A stretch of 36,175 bases of DNA from Minisyncoccota bacterium (GTDB taxonomy: Bacteria; Patescibacteriota; Minisyncoccia; Phycocordibacterales; DASSSU01). The notes below the pieces were generated by a model. The model was not told the origin of the DNA and did no database searches. It worked only from the letters and a program-made list of their open reading frames with translations. Shown in pieces: positions 1 through 8,276 of the stretch; the first letter of the stretch is position 1, and the number at the start of each line of letters is the position of its first letter. The position numbers and the translations under genes are program-made. Where the stretch lies: assembly GCA_035708305.1 (NCBI GenBank), contig DASSSU010000018.1:1-36175 (forward strand). The letters are read 5' to 3'.

Positions 1-116
1 CGAGACGCCTCCGCTCACCTCGTGCGCCGCATCCCGCGCCCATTTCCCTTTGCATCTTTTTTGCGGCTCCTCCCCCTGTCCCCCTCCACCGCAGAATGGA
101 AAAGGAAATGGGCGCG
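1..116. repeat. Left copy of a perfect 116-bp inverted repeat (partner at 8161..8276). Each copy can fold on itself: 14-bp stem 34..47/104..117 around a C-rich loop ctcctccccctgtccccctcc.
   Basis: I reverse-complemented 1..116 by hand and it matches 8161..8276 exactly. Flanking bases do not match, so the repeat is 116 bp. The internal stem cgcgcccatttcc/ggaaatgggcgcg was read directly. Confidence 0.9.
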
Positions 117-435
117 GTCTGCTCCGCCACTTCGTCCTGCAAAAGCTCCGAAAGGTCGCAAAGTATCCAATGCTCCCAATCTCCGCTTTCTCCGTCCTCG
201 TGGCGGCCCGAGGCGCTCGCGTAGCGAGAGTGCGTGGTAAATCGTACGTTCGCTCACACTTCGCCGCACCTCGCACTGGCCGCTCACATTCGCTCGCGAT
301 GCCTACTCGGTGCGACTTCGTGTTCACTCGGTGGCTTCTGCAATGTCCATTGTAGCTCGAAAAAGGCGGATTTGTATTTACACACAAATTACCACTCTAT
401 TGTGTCAAATGACAATAGGTGCTATATTACGTCAT

Positions 436-2607
436 ATGCAGGATAAATTTCTAAAACCATATAACTCTAGTGAAGTTGAGCCGTCTATTTACAAACTTTG
501 GGAAAACTCTGGTTATTTTAATCCTGCTAACTTGCCCGGTGAACAAAAAGAAACCTTTACTGTCGTATTACCGCCCCCAAACGTGACAGGAGTACTCCAC
601 TTAGGCCATGCCTACGAAGACTCATTACAAGATGCGGTTATTCGCTATCAGCGCATGCGTGGCAAACGAGCTTTATGGGTTCCTGGGACAGATTCTGCCG
701 CTATTGCTACGCAAGCTCGGGTTGAGAAAAACATTCAAAAAGACGAAAGTAAAAGCAGACATGATTTGGGGCGAGCAGAATTAGTACGCCGAGTGTCAGA
801 ATTCGCTAAAAATAGCGAAGACACTATTCTAAATCAAGTGCGTCGCATGGGCGCATCACTTGATTGGAGTCGTTACGCGTATACGCTTGATGAAAAACGT
901 AATTTTGCCGTGTCAACTGCTTTTAAGCGCATGTATGATGCGGGACTTATTTATCGTGGTAATCGTATTGTGAACTGGGACCCGAAAGGTCAGACCACTA
1001 TTTCTGATGATGAGATAATTCACGAAGAACGCACCACAAAACTCTACACATTTAAATACTCGAAAGAATTTCCAATAGCAATCTCGACAACTCGTCCAGA
1101 AACCAAGGTTGGTGATACTGCCGTTGCTGTGCATCCTGACGATGAAAGATATAAAAACTTTATTGGTAAAGAATTCGACGTTGTTTTCTGTGATGTGCCG
1201 CTCCACATAAAAATTGTGGGCGATGATTCAGTAGAAAAAGAATTCGGCACTGGTGCACTTGGTGTAACTCCAGCACACAGTCAAATTGACTGGGATATTG
1301 CAGATCGCCACAACCTTGAACGACCACAAGTGATAAACGAATATGCCAAAATGATCGCTCCTGGACGCTTGAAAGATAAAAAAGTCTTAGATGCGCGAGA
1401 AGATGTTGTTACATGGCTCAAAGAACAGGGGTTGCTTGAGCAGGAAGAAGAAATTACACAAAACGTATCGACTTCTGAACGGACTGGTGCAGTTATTGAA
1501 CCGCTCCCTAAATTGCAGTGGTGGGTTGATGTGAATAAGACTTTTACTATTCCGCACTCTGAAATACCAGGAATCGCAAGTGGATCACAAACGTCTCTGA
1601 AGGAAATCATGCGGAAGAGTGTAGAAAGTGGCGCTGTCGATATGCCGCAAGAGCGATTCAAAAAAACATACTTTCATTGGATTGATAATCTGAGAGACTG
1701 GTGTATTTCTCGACAAATTTGGTTTGGCCATCGTATCCCTGTTTGGTATAAAGGCGATGAAATTTACTGTGACACTATTGCTCCAGAAGGTTCCGAGTGG
1801 AAGCAGGAAGAGGACGTGCTTGATACTTGGTTTTCTTCTGCACTCTGGACATTCTCAACGCTTGGCTGGCCAGAAAAGACGAAGGACTTAGAGACTTTTC
1901 ATCCAACTTCGTTTATGTCACCAGCATATGAAATTCTGCCACTTTGGGTCTCTCGCATGATTTTGATGAGTGGTTTTCACCTAGGGCAAGTGCCGTTTAA
2001 AACAGTAATGATTCATGGACTGGTGCGAGACAAGCAAGGCTGCAAGTTTAGTAAGTCTCTTGGAAATGGTGTTGACCCGATAGAAGTTATTGATAAATAT
2101 GGAGCGGATGCATTGCGCATGGGCTTACTTGTAGGCACTGCTATCGGCAATGATATTAAATTCGATGAAAGTAAGATTAAGGGATATAAGCATTTTGCAA
2201 ACAAAGTTTGGAATATAACAAGATTTGTTTTAGAAAATACTGAAGGTGTTGATTTCTCGCAACCAGTAACTTCTACACATAAAGATCAGGAACTAATAAA
2301 GAATCTTGAAGCTCTCATTACCGAAATAACGGAAGATTTTGATAATTACCGACTCTATCTTGCCGCTGAAAAGATTTATCATTATGTATGGCATGAAGTT
2401 GCAGACAAGATTTTAGAAGAATCAAAACCAATTCTAAATGGCAATAATAGTGACGAGAAACTATCTCGCCAACATACACTTTATACACTTCTAACAACGT
2501 CACTCAAACTGTTACATCCATTTATGCCGTTTGTAACTGAAGAAATTTGGCAATCATTGCCAGAAAAGGAAACAGATATGCTAATTGTCACAGAATGGCC
2601 ATCATAA
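436..2607 (+). CDS. valS: Valyl-tRNA synthetase, class I aaRS. HIGH motif PPPNVTGVLHLGHA, KMSKS motif KFSKSLGN, anticodon-binding domain present. It ends at ...IVTEWPS, so the usual C-terminal coiled-coil domain is absent.
   Basis: The N-terminus MQDKFLKPY..IYKLWENSGYF aligns with canonical ValRS starts. The ATG at 436 is the first start consistent with that alignment; the track ORF from 310 runs back into GC-rich non-coding sequence. 723 aa. Confidence 0.9.
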   Translation: MQDKFLKPYNSSEVEPSIYKLWENSGYFNPANLPGEQKETFTVVLPPPNVTGVLHLGHAYEDSLQDAVIRYQRMRGKRALWVPGTDSAAIATQARVEKNIQKDESKSRHDLGRAELVRRVSEFAKNSEDTILNQVRRMGASLDWSRYAYTLDEKRNFAVSTAFKRMYDAGLIYRGNRIVNWDPKGQTTISDDEIIHEERTTKLYTFKYSKEFPIAISTTRPETKVGDTAVAVHPDDERYKNFIGKEFDVVFCDVPLHIKIVGDDSVEKEFGTGALGVTPAHSQIDWDIADRHNLERPQVINEYAKMIAPGRLKDKKVLDAREDVVTWLKEQGLLEQEEEITQNVSTSERTGAVIEPLPKLQWWVDVNKTFTIPHSEIPGIASGSQTSLKEIMRKSVESGAVDMPQERFKKTYFHWIDNLRDWCISRQIWFGHRIPVWYKGDEIYCDTIAPEGSEWKQEEDVLDTWFSSALWTFSTLGWPEKTKDLETFHPTSFMSPAYEILPLWVSRMILMSGFHLGQVPFKTVMIHGLVRDKQGCKFSKSLGNGVDPIEVIDKYGADALRMGLLVGTAIGNDIKFDESKIKGYKHFANKVWNITRFVLENTEGVDFSQPVTSTHKDQELIKNLEALITEITEDFDNYRLYLAAEKIYHYVWHEVADKILEESKPILNGNNSDEKLSRQHTLYTLLTTSLKLLHPFMPFVTEEIWQSLPEKETDMLIVTEWPS

Positions 2608-2613
2608 AGTTAT

Positions 2614-4368
2614 ATGAAAGTTAAAAAAGATGAGTATATTATTGGTGTTAACGTCGGACACGATTCTGGTATCGCATTGGTGCATAATGGTGTTTTTGTT
2701 GAGGTTATTTCTGAAGAAAGATTTACACGTCAAAAGGGGCATTTAGGTTTTCCTCACAAATCTTTGGATTACATAAAAGACAAATATCACATTAATGCAT
2801 TTGACAGGGTTGTGGTTATTTCTGGCAGTGGCCGCTATAAAACGATATTTTTTGATGAGCAAAAAAATAAAAGTCTACGACAACAGCGAAAAGGAGATGT
2901 TGAGGATGTCTTTATTAAGTCTATTCTTTTTAGATACAAAATTCTCAACATTTTAAATGCTTGGAAACATGTAAAGAAAATTTTTAAGCAGTATTTTAGG
3001 GCGCGTAAAATCAATCAATTCCTTCAGAAAAAGTTCCCAAATCAAGAAGTTTTGCACCTAGATCACCATCTTGCCCATGCGTGGGGCGCATTGGCATTTG
3101 CTGATTGTTCACAGGATCAGCTAATTGTCACGCTCGACGGTGAAGGAGATGGTTTGTCAGGTTCAATTTGTGAATATAAGAACAATCAACTAAAACGACA
3201 CTCTGTCGTTTTAGCTAAAAATTCTATAGGTACGCTTTATGGCCGCGTGACTGATTACCTTGGAATGAAAAGAAATGAACACGAGTACAAAATCATGGGT
3301 CTCGCGCCTTATGCAAAGGAGGATTCGAGCCGAATTGTGCTCGATAAATTCAGAGAGATTTTATGGTTAAGCAAAAACTCACTGAATTTTGAAAGTGCAT
3401 TTGATATGCAATTTGCACATTACTATATGGTTGCAAATAACTTCGGAAACTACCGCTTTGATGCTGTTGCATGGGCGATACAGGAATTTACTGAAACTAC
3501 CGTCTTAAGGTTTGTTCAGGCTGCACTCAAAAAGCATGGAGCAATAAATCTTTCTCTTGGCGGCGGGGTATTTATGAATATAAAATTAAATCAGCGGATA
3601 CTTTCCACTTGCGATCTTCACATTTTTAACCCGGCACCATCGTGTGGCGACGACTCACTATCAATTGGCGCAGCAAAGTTTGGTTATGACAATTTTTCAG
3701 GTAAAAAAACAGCACCGATCAAACATCTCTACCTAGGGACTGAATATACAGATGTTGAGATCAAGAAACATCTAGACAAGTTAGATGCTAACCAATACAA
3801 CATAAGCCATTTCAAAGGTGAACACGAAATTGAACAAGAAGTCGCTAAACTTCTAAGTAAGAATGAAATTGTTGCTCGATTCAAGGGACGTATGGAATGG
3901 GGTGCTCGTGCTTTAGGAAATAGATCAATCTTGGCAAACCCAACTACATTTGACAATGTTCGAACTATCAACGAAGCAATTAAAAATAGAGACTTTTGGA
4001 TGCCGTTTGCTCCTAGTATGTTAGCGGAACGTGCAGATGATTATCTAATTAATCCACAAAAGTTTTTATCGCCCTTTATGGCTGTTGGATTTGAGACAAA
4101 CAGTGAGAAAGCGAACGAATTTGTTGCTGCAATACATCCTTATGACAAAACTTGTAGACCTCAGGTGGTTTCTAAAGAGGTTAATCCTGACTACCATTCA
4201 CTTATTAAGTCTTTCGAGGAATTTACGGGAGCTGGGGTGATACTGAACACTAGTTTTAATCTTCATGGGCAGCCTATAGTTGAAAACCCTGCGGACGCAC
4301 TACAGACACTTGAACAAAGTGGTTTGCGGTATTTAGCAATTGGAAACTATTTGGTTTCTAAAAAATGA
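2614..4368 (+). CDS. NodU/CmcH/TobZ-family carbamoyltransferase
   Basis: 584 aa. Hallmark motifs GVNVGHDSGIALV near the N-terminus and LHLDHHLAHAWGA (metal-binding HxxH region), plus a C-terminal YrdC/Kae1-like portion. Starts 7 nt after the valS stop. Confidence 0.85.
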   Translation: MKVKKDEYIIGVNVGHDSGIALVHNGVFVEVISEERFTRQKGHLGFPHKSLDYIKDKYHINAFDRVVVISGSGRYKTIFFDEQKNKSLRQQRKGDVEDVFIKSILFRYKILNILNAWKHVKKIFKQYFRARKINQFLQKKFPNQEVLHLDHHLAHAWGALAFADCSQDQLIVTLDGEGDGLSGSICEYKNNQLKRHSVVLAKNSIGTLYGRVTDYLGMKRNEHEYKIMGLAPYAKEDSSRIVLDKFREILWLSKNSLNFESAFDMQFAHYYMVANNFGNYRFDAVAWAIQEFTETTVLRFVQAALKKHGAINLSLGGGVFMNIKLNQRILSTCDLHIFNPAPSCGDDSLSIGAAKFGYDNFSGKKTAPIKHLYLGTEYTDVEIKKHLDKLDANQYNISHFKGEHEIEQEVAKLLSKNEIVARFKGRMEWGARALGNRSILANPTTFDNVRTINEAIKNRDFWMPFAPSMLAERADDYLINPQKFLSPFMAVGFETNSEKANEFVAAIHPYDKTCRPQVVSKEVNPDYHSLIKSFEEFTGAGVILNTSFNLHGQPIVENPADALQTLEQSGLRYLAIGNYLVSKK

Positions 4369-4967
4369 TCCGGCCGCATTTTGACAATATCAATAATTGT
4401 ACGAGTCATACGGATGTAGTTCTGATCACCAGAGTTAATCAGATATTTTGTTAAGGTACTTTCATCGAACAGCTTTTTTAAAAGACGTTGTCTTTGTATA
4501 TAAAAGTCTATGAATTTTTCTTGATCTCCGTCGGAGCGTTCCATAACATATTGTACCCACTGCACATTTCTATATTTTAGTGCATCAAGCAGGCGTCTTT
4601 TTAATGCTTCTTCTGGTATATCTATAAAAAATAGTATTGCATTATGTCGTTTCAGACTACTTTCTATGTCTGCAAAATCCTTGATGGTGGAATTGGTTTT
4701 TATTGTATGAGTAAAATGTAATCTGTCAAAAACGTAAAGGTTTTTATTTTCAGCAAATACAGTTTTAAGTAGCTTTCTTAGAAATTCCTGATTATGTTTC
4801 AGATTCGTACTGTCGATGCATGGGATTACAGTCTCTTCTTCAGGTAAAAAAGTTCCTGACAAACCATGTTCTTTCGCGTAACGTCTTAGGTTGTCAGCGA
4901 TAGTGCTTTTACCACTTGTTGTCACTCCCTCAACTATGATAGTGCGATGGAAATTTTCTATACTCAT
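4347..4967 (-). CDS. P-loop NTPase, nucleoside/nucleotide-kinase-like. Walker A GVTTSGKST and DRxH motif FDRLHFTH, dNK/thymidylate-kinase-like fold.
   Basis: 206 aa. Last gene of the minus-strand operon. Start overlaps the upstream gene by 4 nt (4964..4967). The 3' end overlaps the convergent carbamoyltransferase by 22 nt. Confidence 0.6.
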   Translation of the reverse strand: MSIENFHRTIIVEGVTTSGKSTIADNLRRYAKEHGLSGTFLPEEETVIPCIDSTNLKHNQEFLRKLLKTVFAENKNLYVFDRLHFTHTIKTNSTIKDFADIESSLKRHNAILFFIDIPEEALKRRLLDALKYRNVQWVQYVMERSDGDQEKFIDFYIQRQRLLKKLFDESTLTKYLINSGDQNYIRMTRTIIDIVKMRPDHFLETK

Positions 4968-7240
4968 ACGTATTTTTGGATATATTTTATCTCATTAAGC
5001 ATATGCATTACTCCATGAACCAGAGGAGCAGGTAAAACCTTATCAAATTTTTTTCTCGAAGATGAATGTAGCTTATGGTTTTGAACTCCAATCGATAAAT
5101 GATTTTCTATGCGTGTATCTGGTATATCAAATTCATCATCCCCTACATGAACAGAAAGTATCTGTTTCCCGTATTGCTTTTTCAGTGTTTCTAAGCCAGT
5201 AAATTTACTACCATGTAAAGGATTAACAACTACTTTTAGTTCCCGTGTATTTGTGAAGTAATAGTATAAGTTAAATATCGACCAATCAATCTCTATCATA
5301 GAATCTTTGAGGATATTAAATTTGTACCCATCCCTGATATATAATGTGCCGTCACGTTCATGGAAGATGGAGATATTTTGCCTTACGAGTAACTCTTTAA
5401 GCTCTTGGAGATTCCCCAGATATTCTTTTGGAGCTAGGATTTTCTGTTTGTCCGATGCCGTGTCGTACAATACCGCACCATTTTCTGCCAATATGTAATC
5501 GAATTTCAAGGATGCATTAATCTCTTTTGCTTGACCAATGCTATTGTTTGTATTAAGAACAGTTACAAAATTGGGATTTATGTCTTTAACATAGTGCTGA
5601 ATTTGTGTAGCTTCCATAGCTAGCGGACTATGAATAGACTCTCTTAGGGTTCCATCTAAATCAAAAGAAAGAATGATAGGATTGTTATCCTTGATAGAAC
5701 AGCGTATCTTCTCATACTCTTTACCTAAGTAGTCATAAGCTCCTAGTTCACGAAATAAATCATGTATTTGTTCCGTCTTGGCATTGATACTAATGAAGAT
5801 ATTTAACAGGGCCTCTGTTTTGTTCTCTGTTTCAGCAGAGAATTTATAAGAAGTCATGTTGTCTAAAGCTACTTCAAAATCTAATATTTGGTTTAGTGAG
5901 TCAAGTAATATCTCTTTCGTGCGAGAACTTCCAGAACCGTTGATCTGAGTAACCGCATGTTTTACTTTCTTAATGTCTGTCCTTATCTCATTGGTTCTTT
6001 TTTGTGAAATATCTTTCAAGAATTTGGCAAAATACAAGCTATTGTTTTCCGATAATTTGATTAAGCAGCTGTATATTTGTGGGTCATTATCTCTTAATAA
6101 TGCTTCCACTATATGGGAAGGACTTGCAGCATCACCATTGTTTTTTCTTCGTCTAATATGTCTCGGTCCGGTTGCAATTTTTATTGCGTTTACCCCAAAT
6201 TTACTCCTCACTTGAGCAGAGATTACCAGGTCCTGAAGAGAAAAAGGCAGGACGAGTAGATTACTTATCGCTGTTGCGCGTATACTAAATGCACCCCCGT
6301 TTATTGTGAATGTGTGAGCAGAAGTTTGATTGTTTCTGCTCCTTGTATAAAGATTTGAAATCGGTTTTCGATCAACAAAACTGCGCAAAATTGTGTCTAC
6401 TTTTTCTTCAAGTTCTTTCCTGTTTGCAATAGTAGTATTTTCCTCGTTGTCAAAAATATTGAAAGGTGTAAAACGGGATTGTGACAATGAAGTAGAGAGC
6501 ATTTGTAGTATATCAACGAAATCACGGAACATTTTGTAAGGCGATCCTGTGTGATGAGTAACCCTGCCGGAAACAACCTGACTGTTTGGAAGCGAGAATA
6601 ACAACTCTCTCTCCTTGAAAAAATCAAAATCATTAACAATATATTTTCCGTCATTTTCGTCAAGTACTGAGTAATGGATGTCATCATCATGAAAAGTACA
6701 TATTGTTTGTTCAGGCTCAAAATTGTATTTTCCTATGGTGTATTGACTCATAAGGAGCGAGTAATTGAAAGCTCCAATTGTTCCACCAATATTCTTGAAT
6801 TCTTGTGAAATAAAGGAGATAAACTCTTCTTTGGGAAAAACTCTTGGGTTTAATTTCTCAATTTGTTCAAAAATTTTATTTCGGTCGTGTATATGATAGA
6901 TGTGAACGTTGATAAATTCGGGAGCAGTTGAGTTCAAACGATTGACTAGTGCATCAAATACAGTGGCGATTTCTCCCTCTTTCGTATCGTTGATAATGTT
7001 AATGATTATTTTATCTCGTTGGACGCTATATTTTTGAACATTGTCGAAGATAGAAATAATAAGACGTTCAACCAAATATGGATAGTTACAAGCGCGGATA
7101 TTAACAATTTCATTCTTTATTTCAAAAAGAGTCCCGTATCGTTTTTTTATAAAAATCTCCACCTGCCCTAAGTCAAAAGAATTTAAGTAGATATCTCCGA
7201 ATTCATCATAATTTTGTTTTCCCATAGTTACAGGTTTCAT
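4964..7240 (-). CDS. Large two-part protein. The ~500-aa N-terminal region has unassigned function (acidic DDD/DxD-containing, possibly a glycosyltransferase-like synthase). It is fused to a C-terminal HAD-IIB (Cof/MPGP/SPP-type) phosphatase domain.
   Basis: 758 aa. HAD motifs are visible: ILSFDLDGTL (motif I DxDGT), ILAENGAVLYD, and VHVGDDEFDIPD (motif IV-like). Both start and stop overlap neighbouring genes by 4 nt (ATGA). Confidence 0.6.
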   Translation of the reverse strand: MKPVTMGKQNYDEFGDIYLNSFDLGQVEIFIKKRYGTLFEIKNEIVNIRACNYPYLVERLIISIFDNVQKYSVQRDKIIINIINDTKEGEIATVFDALVNRLNSTAPEFINVHIYHIHDRNKIFEQIEKLNPRVFPKEEFISFISQEFKNIGGTIGAFNYSLLMSQYTIGKYNFEPEQTICTFHDDDIHYSVLDENDGKYIVNDFDFFKERELLFSLPNSQVVSGRVTHHTGSPYKMFRDFVDILQMLSTSLSQSRFTPFNIFDNEENTTIANRKELEEKVDTILRSFVDRKPISNLYTRSRNNQTSAHTFTINGGAFSIRATAISNLLVLPFSLQDLVISAQVRSKFGVNAIKIATGPRHIRRRKNNGDAASPSHIVEALLRDNDPQIYSCLIKLSENNSLYFAKFLKDISQKRTNEIRTDIKKVKHAVTQINGSGSSRTKEILLDSLNQILDFEVALDNMTSYKFSAETENKTEALLNIFISINAKTEQIHDLFRELGAYDYLGKEYEKIRCSIKDNNPIILSFDLDGTLRESIHSPLAMEATQIQHYVKDINPNFVTVLNTNNSIGQAKEINASLKFDYILAENGAVLYDTASDKQKILAPKEYLGNLQELKELLVRQNISIFHERDGTLYIRDGYKFNILKDSMIEIDWSIFNLYYYFTNTRELKVVVNPLHGSKFTGLETLKKQYGKQILSVHVGDDEFDIPDTRIENHLSIGVQNHKLHSSSRKKFDKVLPAPLVHGVMHMLNEIKYIQKYV

Positions 7241-7881
7241 TGGTTAAGCATGAAATGGTTCGGCTCAAGACAATGTCCGCCAATCGGTCCCTCAACATAT
7301 TTTAAGACGTATTTCGTGAACTCAAGATGTCCGAGTTTAGTATATCCGTCATTGTATGTTTTGTTTGCGAGTGTATAGACGATATCAAAATCAAGCTCGT
7401 GTTCATCGCAGTATTGGTGGATACGTTTGTTAAGCAAAATTGCTTCGCGGTAAATTTCAGTGTCCCATAATTTCATCGCTTCGGTATTTTCCGGCTTTTC
7501 AGTCGTGACAGTTTCAACGCCAAACGCAGAGAAGTGGGCTGCCACCTCTTCAGCACGCTCACCGCCAAAGAATTTAACAAATGTTTTAATGCCTTCGGCA
7601 AGATGTGGATGTTTACCACGCACTGGCGAATGCACCGCTTCCTTACCACACTTGCTGGTTGTACCCACAGGCACAGTGGAGTGAATAACGATCACACTCG
7701 CTCCCGTATCATGTTTGTATTTTTGTACTAATTCAACAAACTGGTCTGAGTACGGAAAGCAGATATGAATAATATCTGCTTTCCGTACTTCATCATTTTT
7801 ATCAATGCCATCGCATTGCAATACTTCCGCGAGGCCAGTTCCAATTTCACCCATTCCAATCACTAAATGTTTTTTCATCAT
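7237..7881 (-). CDS. NAD(P)-binding Rossmann oxidoreductase. The N-terminal fold resembles UDP-glucose/GDP-mannose dehydrogenase (VIGMGEIG, HSTVPVGTT); a GGHCLEPN cysteine motif is present.
   Basis: 214 aa, which is short for a full UDPGDH. Starts with MM, 4 nt after the XRE gene stop. Confidence 0.5.
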   Translation of the reverse strand: MMKKHLVIGMGEIGTGLAEVLQCDGIDKNDEVRKADIIHICFPYSDQFVELVQKYKHDTGASVIVIHSTVPVGTTSKCGKEAVHSPVRGKHPHLAEGIKTFVKFFGGERAEEVAAHFSAFGVETVTTEKPENTEAMKLWDTEIYREAILLNKRIHQYCDEHELDFDIVYTLANKTYNDGYTKLGHLEFTKYVLKYVEGPIGGHCLEPNHFMLNQ

Positions 7882-7885
7882 ATAA

Positions 7886-8092
7886 TCACTTCAATAACTC
7901 ATCACTTGTAACCCCCAACGCCCCTGCCAGCCGCTCAATCGTCGCAAGGGTAGGATTACCGTTTCCCGATTCAATATTACTTACTTGTGCACGATCAAGC
8001 CTTGTCGCACGGCAAATATCGCCTTGCGACATATTCTTTTGCTCACGAATACGTTTGATATTTTTACCGAGTCGTTTTGTTGGGGTATCCAC
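7886..8092 (-). CDS. XRE-family helix-turn-helix transcriptional regulator. Probable GTG start giving ~68 aa.
   Basis: The sequence KRLGKNIKRIREQKNMSQGDICRATRLDRAQVSNIESGNGNPTLATIERLAGALGVTSDELLK is a classic HTH_XRE helix pattern. The track ORF runs back to 8326 through the inverted repeat, which is implausible. An internal ATG at 8032 would cut off helix 1, so the GTG at 8092 is preferred. Confidence 0.6.
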   Translation of the reverse strand: MDTPTKRLGKNIKRIREQKNMSQGDICRATRLDRAQVSNIESGNGNPTLATIERLAGALGVTSDELLK

Positions 8093-8150
8093 GTCACATA
8101 TTTTACTCTTATTGTTAAGTATAACAATAGTGTGGTATATTTCAATAGCG
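8093..8150 (-). promoter_or_regulatory. Candidate sigma70-like promoter, TTGAAA-16-TATACT read on the minus strand. An overlapping palindromic operator ttgtta-N4-taacaa sits at 8111..8126. Likely autoregulation of the XRE operon.
   Basis: On the minus strand: ttgaaa tataccacactattgt tatact taacaataagag...GTG. The inverted-repeat half-sites TTGTTA/TAACAA were seen directly. Confidence 0.4.
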
Positions 8151-8160
8151 CCTTTACACC

Positions 8161-8276
8161 CGCGCCCATTTCCTTTTCCATTCTGCGGTGGAGGGGGACA
8201 GGGGGAGGAGCCGCAAAAAAGATGCAAAGGGAAATGGGCGCGGGATGCGGCGCACGAGGTGAGCGGAGGCGTCTCG
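8161..8276. repeat. Right copy of the perfect 116-bp inverted repeat. The terminal palindrome ggcgtctc-gtca-gagacgcc spans the repeat boundary at 8266..8285.
   Basis: Exact reverse complement of 1..116. Followed by ~300 bp of GC-rich non-coding sequence. Confidence 0.9.

Noticed and set aside
15-355. Track ORFs 15..287(-), 22..240(+), 50..355(+), 234..446(+) and the long 7886..8326(-) / 7981..8619(-) ORFs that share the peptide HLFCGSSPCPPPPQNGKGNGRG
   Set aside because: They run through the 116-bp inverted repeat and GC-rich repetitive DNA. The shared peptide is simply the repeat translated in both copies. Their composition is Arg/Pro/Gly-rich and typical of frame artefacts in GC-rich non-coding sequence.
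310-435. N-terminal extension of valS back to 310
   Set aside because: The ValRS homology begins at the ATG at 436 (MQDKFLKPY...YKLWENSGYF). The upstream extension is GC-rich non-coding sequence plus the promoter.
117-435. T-box leader upstream of valS (gagagtgcgtggtaaatcg resembles part of the T-box consensus)
   Set aside because: No GGUGGNACCGCG antiterminator core, and no terminator hairpin with a U-run before the start codon.
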